NCBI GenBank assembly: GCA_012719355.1
Contig: JAAYAM010000018.1
Location: 35,758 to 99,757 of the forward strand
Origin: Acidobacteriota bacterium
GTDB taxonomy: Bacteria; Acidobacteriota; UBA6911
Direction of reading: 5' to 3'
DNA length: 64,000 bases
The notes below the pieces were generated by a model, which saw only the letters and a list, made by a program, of their open reading frames with translations, was not told the origin of the DNA and did not search any database. Each line of letters starts with the position of its first letter. Position 1 is the first letter of the stretch. The position numbers and the translations under genes are program-made. Shown here one piece after another: positions 10,492 to 20,039 of this stretch.

Positions 10492-10642
10492 TGCGCTGAG
10501 GGGACTCGTTCCGGGTCACGCTCTCCATCACTTGCCCGCGGAAGGTTTCTGATCTCTTTGCAGGTTGAAGTTGAAGCGGGTGGGATTGGTGGTTGTATCG
10601 ACTGACCTTCATGCTGTTTCAGGGACAGGGGAGCATGCTCTC

Positions 10643-11317
10643 ATGCGTGAAAAAGAAGTTCTTGATGCGCTCTGCAACACCGGCGATGCCGTATTCATTG
10701 TCGACGCTGACATGCGCATCGTTCGGTGGAACAAGGAAGCCGAGCGGGTCCTCAAGTACTCCGAACAGGAGGTTCTGAACCGGGAATGCTTCCGCGTCAT
10801 CTCCGGAAAATCTTCCCCCGACAGGCCGGTTTGCGGGCACAACTGCAGGGTGCACGGCAACCTGAGTAAGGGAGCTCTTCAGAAAAACTTCGACATTCTC
10901 AGCCAGACGGGAGAAGGTGAACCGTTGTGGCTGAACGTGAGCGTCATAGCGCCTTCTGACCCGGATCAGTCATTCGTCGCACACATCGTTCGCGATATCA
11001 CTCGAGAAAAGAATACAAGGCTGGCTCTCGATCAGTTTCTTGCCAACCTGGAAAGCCACAGCTGGATATTCGGGGACGCACCGGGCAGGCCGCCGCGGCA
11101 GCACACCGTACGAGAACGGCCTTCTGCCGCGCTCTCGAGCAGGGAGATAGAAGTTCTGACATTGCTGGCAGAAGGCCTTTCCACAAAGGGACTGGCCCAG
11201 AGGCTGAACATCAGCCACTTCACTGCACGGAACCATATCCAGAACATACTCGTAAAACTCGATTTACACAGCAAGGCGCAGGCTGTTTCGTACGCCTTCA
11301 AAAAAGGGATACTCTGA
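10643..11317 (+). CDS. PAS-domain / LuxR-family HTH transcriptional regulator (no receiver domain)
   Basis: PAS-like N-terminus (DAVFIVDADMRIVRWNKEAERVLKYSEQEVLNRECF). C-terminal LuxR HTH (LSSREIEVLTLLAEGLSTKGLAQRLNISHFTARNHIQNILVKLDLHSKAQAV). The ATG at 10643 has GGGGAG upstream; the track ORF starts at a TTG at 10565. Confidence 0.8.
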   Translation: MREKEVLDALCNTGDAVFIVDADMRIVRWNKEAERVLKYSEQEVLNRECFRVISGKSSPDRPVCGHNCRVHGNLSKGALQKNFDILSQTGEGEPLWLNVSVIAPSDPDQSFVAHIVRDITREKNTRLALDQFLANLESHSWIFGDAPGRPPRQHTVRERPSAALSSREIEVLTLLAEGLSTKGLAQRLNISHFTARNHIQNILVKLDLHSKAQAVSYAFKKGIL

Positions 11318-11331
11318 TCCCTTTTATCCGA

Positions 11332-13587
11332 ATGTACATGCAGGTGATGCCCTCGATAGGACTGTTGGCCGAGCTGCACCGTGACGCTTCCTGGAAACCG
11401 GACGCATCACGCACCCCCATCGAACATCTGGTGGAGTATCTCCTGACCGGGAGGCTTGCATCGAATGCTCCGGCAGGCATCAACGAGTTGACGGAACGTG
11501 TTCTGCAGTTTGACCCCACCGGAACCCGTGTTGTAGTTCTCGGCGGAGGGACAGGATTATCTACAATCATAGGCGGCAACTCGCAGATGCCGGAATGGCC
11601 CGAACAGCCCTTCCTCGGGCTGAAGGAGGAGTTCCCTCTTCTGGACGTCATCGTCTGCACCACCGACGATGGCGGCTCTACGGGCCGGTTCCTGAAATCT
11701 CTCCCCATGATCGGGATAGGAGATCTTAGGAAGCTCCTCATCTCATCCATCCGTTCGAATAACCTGGAAAAGAAATACGGCCTGGAGCAGGCCTCGCAAA
11801 GCGGTCTGATCCGCTTCATACACGCGCTTTTCAATTACCGCTTTCCGGGGGACCGGCAGGTCGATGCCGAACATTTGCGCGACCCGCTCCTTGTCGTCGA
11901 ACAGGAACTCAGATCCAGCTGCCCTGGGCCTCTCACAACCTCGTTGCGCCGTCTGGGAGAGTATATCTCGCCAGGAGGAGAAGGGCCTCTGATCGACCCG
12001 ACCGGGCACTCCATGGGCAACCTGCTGCTGGTTTCTGCGATTTTCATGGCGACAAAGGGAGCTTTTGGCCGGGCGCCGGCGCTTGGCGAGATTCAAAAAG
12101 GCGTCGATCACATTGCGGAACTGATAGGAACTCTCCCGGGAATCATACATGCCGCCACCGCCACCCCGGGACAGCTCAAGTTCCGATACGCCAACGGCGT
12201 GGAAGTCTATGGGCAGAGCAAGTCGGCCCAAACCGACCGAGACTCTCCGGTGGAACGCGTGGTTGCTGAGTTCGTTGATCAGCCGATAGTCGGCGACGAA
12301 ATTCTAAGCGCTATCGCTGCCGCCGACTTGATCATCTATGCGCCCGGGAGTCTGTACACCAGCATCATCCCGATACTGCAGCTGGAGCCGATCACCGATG
12401 CCATACGCGCCAACAGGGAGGCATTGAAAGTGCTCGGCGCAAATTCCTGGATGCAGAAAGGTGAAACCGATATTTCACTGAAGCACCAGGGGCGCGGCTT
12501 TCTCGTTTCCGAACTTATCGAGGCTTACGACAGGAACGTCCCTTCGGGCATAGACGGGCTCTTCGACGTGGTCCTCAGCGCCAATTTGGAGCATATCCCG
12601 GGGAATATACTGCGCAACTATGCGCTGGAAGGCAAGAGCCCGATACACCTCGACCGCCAACCGGTGGAAGAACTGGGGCTGCGTCCGGTGGAAGCAACCT
12701 TGTTTTCCTCTGAGCACTGGGAAAGGGCGCAGGTAATCCACCATGACCCTCGGCGATTTGTGCTGGCAGTTAGAACGCTGCTGTTTGCCGACAGATGCCT
12801 GAAACAACAGCAGGGGTTCGCTCTCCGGAAACTGCCTGCCCGGAAGCAGTCTGCGGCGACGCGCTTTGCCGTCGGCCACACCAAGGGGATCCTGCTCTGT
12901 GATTACCTGAAATCTGTGAAAGAGCCCCTGCAGGAAAAGGTATTCCAGCCGCCTGAGCTGAGGGATTTCCTACTCGAGGTGGCGTGGAACAATCGGGAAA
13001 TCAGACCGGCCCATCTCGAATTCTTCGAAGGAGTCGTTGTGATAGATTCCCGGTCCTGGGACCGGAACACCGAGTGGGACAACATCCTGGGCTACTATGA
13101 TCCATGCGACAGATACATCAAGCTTCATGAAGACCTTCTGTCTTCACGGTCCCGAACCTGCGAGGATCTGCTTGTCGCGCTCGGTGAGTCTCTGCTTGGA
13201 GACTACATCGCAAAGAGACGCTGGATCGAGTCTCACGGCGCGCGTACTTACGAGATTGTTCTAAGACCGCCGCAGGAACGAAACTGCTTTCTGGAAGACG
13301 CCCAGCTTCACAGCTATCTCAAGCTTGCCCGGATGACGCAGGACCAGACCGACAGCCTGACCTACAGAATCACGATAAACGATGACGAAGGATTCCTGCC
13401 GCCGGGACTGCTGTTCGGACTGCTTTACTCGTGGTATCTGACCGGAAGCGGCCTTACGATGGAATACGAGATGTCCCTCCTGCGCTGGCCGGTCAAGAGC
13501 CTCATACCGCTTCATGCCAAGGATCGGATCAGGAAAGAGAATCTGGTGACCTTTTTCCGAAGCCAGATCTTTGGACATACAGACTGA
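11332..13587 (+). CDS. YvcK/CofD-family (UPF0052, 2-phospho-L-lactate transferase-like) protein with a long C-terminal extension
   Basis: Family motifs VVVLGGGTGLSTIIGG and CTTDDGGSTGRFL are present, with LIIYAPGSLYTSIIP later. The protein is 751 aa, whereas canonical YvcK/CofD proteins are roughly 300-330 aa as I recall. Confidence 0.7.
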   Translation: MYMQVMPSIGLLAELHRDASWKPDASRTPIEHLVEYLLTGRLASNAPAGINELTERVLQFDPTGTRVVVLGGGTGLSTIIGGNSQMPEWPEQPFLGLKEEFPLLDVIVCTTDDGGSTGRFLKSLPMIGIGDLRKLLISSIRSNNLEKKYGLEQASQSGLIRFIHALFNYRFPGDRQVDAEHLRDPLLVVEQELRSSCPGPLTTSLRRLGEYISPGGEGPLIDPTGHSMGNLLLVSAIFMATKGAFGRAPALGEIQKGVDHIAELIGTLPGIIHAATATPGQLKFRYANGVEVYGQSKSAQTDRDSPVERVVAEFVDQPIVGDEILSAIAAADLIIYAPGSLYTSIIPILQLEPITDAIRANREALKVLGANSWMQKGETDISLKHQGRGFLVSELIEAYDRNVPSGIDGLFDVVLSANLEHIPGNILRNYALEGKSPIHLDRQPVEELGLRPVEATLFSSEHWERAQVIHHDPRRFVLAVRTLLFADRCLKQQQGFALRKLPARKQSAATRFAVGHTKGILLCDYLKSVKEPLQEKVFQPPELRDFLLEVAWNNREIRPAHLEFFEGVVVIDSRSWDRNTEWDNILGYYDPCDRYIKLHEDLLSSRSRTCEDLLVALGESLLGDYIAKRRWIESHGARTYEIVLRPPQERNCFLEDAQLHSYLKLARMTQDQTDSLTYRITINDDEGFLPPGLLFGLLYSWYLTGSGLTMEYEMSLLRWPVKSLIPLHAKDRIRKENLVTFFRSQIFGHTD

Positions 13588-13665
13588 TCTCCGCTTTTTT
13601 GCATTTCCCGACCCTTTGGTTTAAGCTGGGCACTTCAATCTAACTCTCATGTATGGAAGGTAATC

Positions 13666-14493
13666 ATGGAAATCCGCATCGCACACAGCCCCGACTCAGA
13701 CGACGCCTTTATGTTCTATGCCCTGGCAAAAGAGAAGCTGCCCACAGGAAAATTCCGTTTCAGCCACACGCTCCAGGATATCGAGACACTCAACCGGAAG
13801 GCCCTTTCCGGAGAGTACGAGATAACGGCCATATCTTTCCATGCCTATGTTCACATCGCCGACAGATATGTTCTGCTCCCTTCGGGAGCTAGCATGGGTG
13901 ACCGCTATGGGCCGATGATTGTGGCTCGTGAGCCGATCAGCCAGCAGGAACTGAAAGGAAAGAAGATAGCGGTCCCCGGAACGTTGACCACCGCGTACCT
14001 GGTACTGAAACTCTTCCAGCCGGAATTTGAAGCCGTAGTGATTCCGTTCGATCAGATCATGGATGCCGTGGAAAAGGGTGAGGCCGACGCCGGCCTGCTG
14101 ATCCACGAAGGTCAGCTCACCTACGCCAGCCGCGGGCTGCACAACATAATCGACTTCGGTGAATGGTGGTACCAGGCCACCGCACTTCCTCTCCCTCTCG
14201 GAGGCAACGTGATCAGGAGAGATCTCGGCCGCGAGAATATCAGCGAGATATCCAGACTTCTGCGTGAGAGCATCCAGTACTCGCTCGAACACAGGGAAGA
14301 GGCGCTGGAATACGCGATGCAGTTCGCCAGAGACTTGGATGCCAAAACTGCCGACCGGTTTGTGGGAATGTACGTCAATGAAAGAACGGTGGATTACGGA
14401 GACGAGGGCCGGCGGGCGGTCCAGACGTTGTTCGATCGCGCGTGGGAAGCCGGGCTCTTCCCGAAGCCTGTCGTCGTCGAATTCGCGGGATGA
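13666..14493 (+). CDS. MqnA/MqnD/SBP-family protein (menaquinone-via-futalosine-related periplasmic-binding-protein fold)
   Basis: The N-terminus [20 protein letters not shown] and the size (275 aa) match that family as I recall it. I cannot tell MqnA, MqnD and other paralogues apart by eye. Confidence 0.6.
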   Translation: MEIRIAHSPDSDDAFMFYALAKEKLPTGKFRFSHTLQDIETLNRKALSGEYEITAISFHAYVHIADRYVLLPSGASMGDRYGPMIVAREPISQQELKGKKIAVPGTLTTAYLVLKLFQPEFEAVVIPFDQIMDAVEKGEADAGLLIHEGQLTYASRGLHNIIDFGEWWYQATALPLPLGGNVIRRDLGRENISEISRLLRESIQYSLEHREEALEYAMQFARDLDAKTADRFVGMYVNERTVDYGDEGRRAVQTLFDRAWEAGLFPKPVVVEFAG

Positions 14494-14579
14494 ACTCGAG
14501 ACGTTCGGCCACACTCTTATTTGACTGGACAGCGACTTGATACTATATTCACTCGTCATCTATTGAGGAGGTACAGACA

Positions 14580-14876
14580 GTGCCAATATATGAGTACCAG
14601 TGCACAAAGTGCGGCGAAGTTTTCGAGGCGTTCCAGAGGATCACCGACGAACCGCTTACCCAGTGCAAGTTCTGCAATGCAAGAGTTGAAAAGCTGATCA
14701 GTCAATCAAGCTTCCAGTTGAAAGGATCAGGGTGGTATCTTACGGATTATGCAAGAAGGTCCTCCAGCAGTGCGCTGGACAACCACAAGTCGAACGGCGA
14801 CGGCTCCGACAAGGCGGCTGGTACAACCTCTTCTGAATCAAAGAGTACGGAAACGAGTTCAGAAAGCAAGACATGA
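14580..14876 (+). CDS. FmdB-family zinc-ribbon protein with Ser/Thr-rich tail
   Basis: (GTG)[40 protein letters not shown] is the canonical CxxC...CxxC FmdB/zinc-ribbon signature. GAGGAGG lies upstream. Confidence 0.8.
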   Translation: MPIYEYQCTKCGEVFEAFQRITDEPLTQCKFCNARVEKLISQSSFQLKGSGWYLTDYARRSSSSALDNHKSNGDGSDKAAGTTSSESKSTETSSESKT

Positions 14877-15376
14877 TCCCATATCGGGAAACACTCCGGT
14901 TTTCGGAATCAGAGCGAGGTCTCGTTCTGCGGGCTTTGAATGAAGCCGAAGAACGCACCTCGAAGTATTACTGTTTTCCGCCTTTTCGCTGGGAACAATT
15001 ACGCTATGATCTGTTGACGCAGGCGGACCACGGCTGGGAACCACTTCCCGATATCATGCTCGCCAGAGTGCGCCGCCTGCAGAGGATCAATCCTGAGCGA
15101 CCTTTCGATTTCTACCGCATCGAACTGAACGACAACAGCATACTGGCTGCCGCCGAGAGGGAAAACCTGCAGAGCCGCCTGTACCCGTTCTTCGTGTATA
15201 TCCTGACACACGAGATGATTCACATGGTCCGGATTAGCAGCATTCTCGAAGGAGAGGAAGAAGACCATCCTCCTGAAACTGAAGAATTGCGGGTGCAGCA
15301 GATATCACGCAGGATTCTGAACAAGTCATCGGATTTTCACCCGATTCTCGAGAGGTTTTGCACCGTTCCGTCCTAA
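14873..15376 (+). CDS. Hypothetical protein with an HExxH motif
   Basis: 167-aa ORF whose ATG overlaps the FmdB stop (ATGA), suggesting translational coupling. It contains [10 protein letters not shown] (HExxH). I recognise no family. Confidence 0.5.
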   Translation: MIPYRETLRFSESERGLVLRALNEAEERTSKYYCFPPFRWEQLRYDLLTQADHGWEPLPDIMLARVRRLQRINPERPFDFYRIELNDNSILAAAERENLQSRLYPFFVYILTHEMIHMVRISSILEGEEEDHPPETEELRVQQISRRILNKSSDFHPILERFCTVPS

Positions 15377-16491
15377 TCGTCGCGGTGCATCACCAGGGTT
15401 GCGAGTTCAAGGATGCGTGACAGATCCTCTTCTCCCTCACAACCCGAACATCCGACGCTGAGGTGGATCTTGCGTCTTTCGTCAGGCCGGTCGGCGCGCC
15501 AGCGCTCGAATGCCTCCCGCAGTCGGCGCATACGGCCGGGAAGCGAATCCTGCGGAACGCCGGGCATGAATACCAGCAACTCCCGCTCCCTGTAGAAACA
15601 CACCGATTCTCTTCCTTCCAGGGTCCTCTGGATGTGAAGCCGAATGCCGCGCACTTCTTCCTTCCCGAGGGGAACTCTCCTCCCGCAAGGATCATCCGTC
15701 TCGAACTCCATCAGGGCGATCGAGTAGGGCTCCGGGAGCGGCGTTGTGGACGCTTTCACAGGCGGGGCTTCCGCCGTGCAGGGGCCGATCCTGCCGCCAC
15801 GGTGCAGGAACACCAGGTGAGCGACTATCGCACCGAGAACCTTTAGTACCCGGACATGATCGTCGTGGAAGAAAGCAGGAAGGGAGTGGCTCAGGATGAT
15901 GAACCCGACATTCGTCTTGTGAAGCACGACAGGGAGGCAGAGGAGAGATCTTACCACCCCGGGGAAATCCACGGCGTTGAAGCGCGCTTCCTTATAGACA
16001 TCCTCGATGCTCAGGCAGTCTTGCGCCTGTTCCGCCATCCGGATCAGTTCATTTTCGAAGTCGCCGCCGGCAAGAAGGCTGTTTCTTGAATGTATCCTCA
16101 GGAATTCACGTTCCTCGCGGATCCCCTCCACACACAGGGAATCTGAATCCGCCTGAAAGAGCATGCTGCAGTAATCGGCGCCAAAGTCCTGCAGAATCCG
16201 GTCAACAATCCGGGAACAGATCTCCTGGAGATCTCCCTTTTCCTTGATGCTCTCTGCGATACGATAGAACCCGGAAAGCGAGTCGATATTCTGTTCAAGA
16301 AGCCGGTTGACCTGACTGAGAGCACTTCGATAGCCATTGATTATCCTGTGATACAGGTTCCTCTCGTCGGCAAGAATATCGGTTTCCAGCGGCTCGTCGG
16401 CTGCCGCCATCTTCTTAAGTTCGGAAAAGCTCCTGGCATCGTTGACCAGGATGGCTTCAATCCGAGTGCGGATTCTCTCCTCTATCTCCAT
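15373..16491 (-). CDS. GAF-domain signalling protein with a degenerate GGDEF-like C-terminal region
   Basis: The central region is GAF-like (ICSRIVDRILQDFGADYCSMLF...LLCLPVVLHKTNVGFIILSH). The C-terminal 110 aa resemble a cyclase fold but have no GGDEF/GGEEF motif. Confidence 0.6.
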   Translation of the reverse strand: MEIEERIRTRIEAILVNDARSFSELKKMAAADEPLETDILADERNLYHRIINGYRSALSQVNRLLEQNIDSLSGFYRIAESIKEKGDLQEICSRIVDRILQDFGADYCSMLFQADSDSLCVEGIREEREFLRIHSRNSLLAGGDFENELIRMAEQAQDCLSIEDVYKEARFNAVDFPGVVRSLLCLPVVLHKTNVGFIILSHSLPAFFHDDHVRVLKVLGAIVAHLVFLHRGGRIGPCTAEAPPVKASTTPLPEPYSIALMEFETDDPCGRRVPLGKEEVRGIRLHIQRTLEGRESVCFYRERELLVFMPGVPQDSLPGRMRRLREAFERWRADRPDERRKIHLSVGCSGCEGEEDLSRILELATLVMHRDD

Positions 16492-16503
16492 TGCAAGCCT
16501 CTA

Positions 16504-17367
16504 TCAGCGGATCCTGAAGAAACCCTCAATATTCTCCCGTTCGCGGGAAGCAAACGTCGTCAGGCGATCGTACTCCGCTTCTGATATATTCAATTTCGAT
16601 TGAAGCTCAGTTGCTTTTTCGTTCAGGCCGTCGTCGCCATCATAGCCGATCTTCAATTCCTTCGCCATGAAGTCGGCAAGCATAACTGCTTTGATCATGG
16701 GGATGTCCGACGCGAGCGGATCGTGATGCCGGCGGATCACGGCGACCAGTTCCTGGGGAAATCCCCACTGGCTGGCCAGCATCTCACCGATGACCGAATG
16801 GTCCGCACCGTAATTCTGGTTTTCATAGCTGGAAATCGCCGGGTCCGACTCCGATTTCCGAATGGCGAAAATCGAACCGTACTGTCCGGGATAAGCCCTG
16901 AACAGCACTACCTTGCCAAGATCGTGAAGAAGCCCGCAGAGAAAGGCAAACTCCGCTTCTTTGGTTTTGCGACTGCTTCCGGCCCAGATCTCCCTCACCA
17001 GGACCCCCACCCCGCATGAATGTGTCCATAGCCTGCTGATAAGCGCAGCTTCCGAGCTTCCTCCCCTGGAGAAGGAGTCGAAAATACTCACCCCTATGGC
17101 AAGGCTCGTCACCAGGTTTACTCCAAGCAGGGAAATTGCATGAGAGATGGTTTTGACCCTGGCCCGAAGCGAGTAGAAGGCAGAATTTGCGAGCCGGAGA
17201 ATCCGGGCAGAGAGAGCGGGATCATGCAATATCAGTTGTTCCAGTTCCTTCGCAGAACCGGAGTCGTCATCGAGCGTCTGTATGATCTTGATCAGGATCA
17301 GGGGAATGCTTGGGATCTCGAAATTGTTATTGAGGACAAAAGGCTTTGCAACTGTGAACGCGCACAT
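16504..17367 (-). CDS. HDOD domain-containing protein
   Basis: PSIPLILIKIIQTLDDDSGSAKELEQLILHDPALSARILRLANSAFY and LLHDLGK are classic HDOD motifs. It is followed 12 nt later by the GAF gene, with TGA TAG double stops. Confidence 0.85.
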   Translation of the reverse strand: MCAFTVAKPFVLNNNFEIPSIPLILIKIIQTLDDDSGSAKELEQLILHDPALSARILRLANSAFYSLRARVKTISHAISLLGVNLVTSLAIGVSIFDSFSRGGSSEAALISRLWTHSCGVGVLVREIWAGSSRKTKEAEFAFLCGLLHDLGKVVLFRAYPGQYGSIFAIRKSESDPAISSYENQNYGADHSVIGEMLASQWGFPQELVAVIRRHHDPLASDIPMIKAVMLADFMAKELKIGYDGDDGLNEKATELQSKLNISEAEYDRLTTFASRERENIEGFFRIR

Positions 17368-17447
17368 GGATTGTTAATTCCCCGGTGAAATCCTGCCCTT
17401 TCTACTTTTCGAATGGTTCGGGTAGAATCTTTAGGATTGGTTCAGCT

Positions 17448-17969
17448 ATGAAAACTGAGAAAAGCCTGGCATCGAAACCGAGAATTGGTGTTGTGGGTCC
17501 GGGATCCTGCCCGCAGGAGATAAGCGAACTCGCGTACCGCGTCGGACACGGGCTCGCGGCCGCGGGAGCAATACTGATCTGCGGCGGCAGAGGCGGCGTA
17601 ATGGAAGCCGCGGCGAAGGGGGCGAAAGAGGCCGGAGGGATAACGGTAGGAATTCTGCCCGGCGACTCTCCTTCCGAAGCCAATCCCTATATCGACATCC
17701 CTATCGTCACCGGTCTCGGAAACGCCCGCAATGTCATAAACGTGCTCACCAGCCAGGCGATTATTGCAGTGTGCGGCGAATACGGCACTCTTTCCGAAAT
17801 AGCTTTTGCGATGAAATGCGGCATTCCCATTGTCGGCCTCAACACATGGAAGCTGACAGCCCCAAACAACCGCCCGATTCCGATGACGCACGCATCCACC
17901 CCCGAGAAAGCGGTACGGGCTGCTCTCTCGATGAGAGTTTCGTGCGGAGTCACGCAACGACCGACATGA
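17448..17969 (+). CDS. TIGR00725-family (LOG/SLOG-like Rossmann fold) protein
   Basis: RIGVVGPGSC...LAAAGAILICGGRGGVMEAAAKGAKEAGGITVGILPG is typical of this family. I trimmed the track ORF (from 17385) to the ATG at 17448. Confidence 0.75.
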   Translation: MKTEKSLASKPRIGVVGPGSCPQEISELAYRVGHGLAAAGAILICGGRGGVMEAAAKGAKEAGGITVGILPGDSPSEANPYIDIPIVTGLGNARNVINVLTSQAIIAVCGEYGTLSEIAFAMKCGIPIVGLNTWKLTAPNNRPIPMTHASTPEKAVRAALSMRVSCGVTQRPT

Positions 17970-18056
17970 TAAGATGCTTTTTTGAGTTTGCGTCGGCTCT
18001 GAAACGCAGGACGCAGACATGGCATGATTCCAGTTCGTCCGGAGGAATTTGTTTTG

Positions 18057-18593
18057 ATGGCGAAACAGAAATTTGCAGATTCGGTTGCTGAACACAAGAG
18101 CAGATCGAAACGTAGTGCAGGAGTTGCCGTAATTACGCTCTCGACGTCCCGGACCCTGGACACGGACAAATCCGGCGATGTGATTCAGGAGATCCTGGAA
18201 CAGAACGGGCACAGAGTGTCTGTCAGGAATCTCATCCCCGACAGCCGCAGCGTTCTGCGCGCCACGCTGCGTGAACTTCTGCGTGACAAGAATGTGGATG
18301 CAATCGTAACGACCGGAGGGACGGGGCTGGCTCCGAGCGACATCACGATCGAGACCGTTCAGGGGATGATTGAAAAAGAACTTCCCGGGTTCAATGCTCT
18401 CTTCATGCTTCTCAGTTATCAGCAGGTAAAGAGCGCAGCCATGCTGTCGCGTGCTCTCGCGGGAACGGTCAAAGGAAAGGTGGTCTTCTGTCTTCCAGGG
18501 AGTCCCGGTGCATGCCAGCTGGCGCTGGAATCATTGATCCTGCCCGAACTCGGGCACATACTCATGCTCCTGGAAAGCGGGACATCGAAATGA
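18057..18593 (+). CDS. moaB: MogA/MoaB-family molybdenum cofactor biosynthesis protein
   Basis: AVITLSTSRTLDTDKSGDVI... and VDAIVTTGGTGLAPSDIT are the MoCF-biosynthesis domain signature. The start could be 18024 or 18057. Confidence 0.8.
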   Translation: MAKQKFADSVAEHKSRSKRSAGVAVITLSTSRTLDTDKSGDVIQEILEQNGHRVSVRNLIPDSRSVLRATLRELLRDKNVDAIVTTGGTGLAPSDITIETVQGMIEKELPGFNALFMLLSYQQVKSAAMLSRALAGTVKGKVVFCLPGSPGACQLALESLILPELGHILMLLESGTSK

Positions 18594-19270
18594 ACTGTGA
18601 CGGGATTTCACTGTTCCTTTTCGATCTTGACGGCACCCTGATCGATTCAAGAGCGGACATCACTTCGTCTTTGAATCTCGTGCTCGCGCGCATGAACATG
18701 CCTCCGCTGGAGGAAGCAGTCGTCAGCAGCATGATCGGGGCCGGCGTCCGCAAACTCATCGAGCGGGCACTGAGAGAAATTCAAGGGGGCCACGATCCGG
18801 AGGAGTCGCTCCTGCAGGAAGCGATGGATCAGTTCAGGCAAGAGTACCGAGACCACCTCCTGGACCGCACGCGGCTTTTCCCCGGAGTGGAAGAAGCCCT
18901 GGACCGTTTGTCCTGGGCTGATTTCGCCGTCGTTTCGAACAAACCCGAATCTTTCTCAAAAATCATACTCGATGGTCTGGGCATCGCGGATCGTTTCCGC
19001 ACAATTCTTGGCGGTGACAGCGCGTCGAAACGCAAGCCTGCTCCGGAACCGCTGATGATGGCAATGGGAATGTGCCGCAGTGAGCCGGCCGAAACCGTGA
19101 TGGTGGGAGATAGCGCCATCGATATCGAGGCGGGAAAGAACGCTGGAGTCACAACCTGCGGCGTGCTGGGCGGATTCCGGCCGAAAGAGGAACTGCAGGC
19201 GGCAGGAAGCGACTTCATCGTCAACAACCTTCTTGAACTGGCCGACATCTTCCGCGCTCCCGGCAATTGA
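18590..19270 (+). CDS. HAD-superfamily hydrolase, phosphoglycolate phosphatase-like
   Basis: HAD motif I is LFLFDLDGTLIDS, followed by VVSNK and MVGDSAIDIEAGKNAG. The ATG at 18590 overlaps the moaB stop (ATGA); the track ORF starts earlier at 18512. Confidence 0.75.
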   Translation: MNCDGISLFLFDLDGTLIDSRADITSSLNLVLARMNMPPLEEAVVSSMIGAGVRKLIERALREIQGGHDPEESLLQEAMDQFRQEYRDHLLDRTRLFPGVEEALDRLSWADFAVVSNKPESFSKIILDGLGIADRFRTILGGDSASKRKPAPEPLMMAMGMCRSEPAETVMVGDSAIDIEAGKNAGVTTCGVLGGFRPKEELQAAGSDFIVNNLLELADIFRAPGN

Positions 19271-19379
19271 TCTGCACGCCACCGGCCGAGCAGATACAGT
19301 TTTTTCGCGGGAGGGTTCAATTGAGGAAAAACGCGTGCTATCGTATGGTTGCCTCTCCTCAGAGGGAATACGAAATAGT

Positions 19380-20039
19380 ATGCGACCAACAGTCACGGTT
19401 TACGGATCGTCGATCGGACAGAAGATCATTTCAGCGATTACGGGACTCTTCCTCTGCCTCTTTCTGGTAGTGCATGTTTCCGGGAATCTGCTCCTTTTCA
19501 AGGGGGATGAGGGGAAGGCATTTAACGAGTATGTCATCGCCAATACGAACAGCCTTCTGATCCGGAGCATTGAAATCGTCCTCTTCGCCGGCTTCCTGAT
19601 TCACATCTTCTGGGGGATCCGGGTGTGGCTCTTCAACAGGCGCGCCCGACCGCTGGATTATGTGGAGAATCGTCCGTCGGAAAACAGCTCGCTTCCCTCT
19701 CGCATCATGTTCATAACCGGTATGCTCGTAATCCTGTTTCTGGTCGTGCATCTCAGGACTTTCTGGATTGCGATGCGTTTCACCGGAACGGGCGGACTTT
19801 CGGACTATGAACTTGTCCAGGCAACTTTTCAGAGCCCGCTGTATGACAGCTTCTATATCGTCTGCATGGCGATACTTGCCTATCACCTGCGCCAGGGATT
19901 CCAGTCAGCTTTCCAGACCCTGGGTCTGCGGCCCATATGGCGCAGGGCAATCGACTGGGTGGCAGTGATATTCTGGCTGATCATCCCGATCGGATTCGCC
20001 GCAATGCCAGTCTATTTCTTGATCAAAGGAGCCAGTTGA
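19380..20039 (+). CDS. sdhC: Succinate dehydrogenase/fumarate reductase cytochrome b subunit (single-subunit b558 type)
   Basis: About 220-aa polytopic protein with conserved His in its TM helices ([30 protein letters not shown]). It sits immediately upstream of sdhA. I trimmed the track ORF to the ATG at 19380. Confidence 0.8.
   Translation: MRPTVTVYGSSIGQKIISAITGLFLCLFLVVHVSGNLLLFKGDEGKAFNEYVIANTNSLLIRSIEIVLFAGFLIHIFWGIRVWLFNRRARPLDYVENRPSENSSLPSRIMFITGMLVILFLVVHLRTFWIAMRFTGTGGLSDYELVQATFQSPLYDSFYIVCMAILAYHLRQGFQSAFQTLGLRPIWRRAIDWVAVIFWLIIPIGFAAMPVYFLIKGAS

Noticed and set aside
16492-16506. Same-frame TGA stops between HDOD and GAF (16504-16506) and between TIGR00725 and moaB (17967-17969).
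   Set aside because: Each is followed immediately by a second stop (TGA TAG and TGA TAA), so read-through or selenocysteine is excluded.
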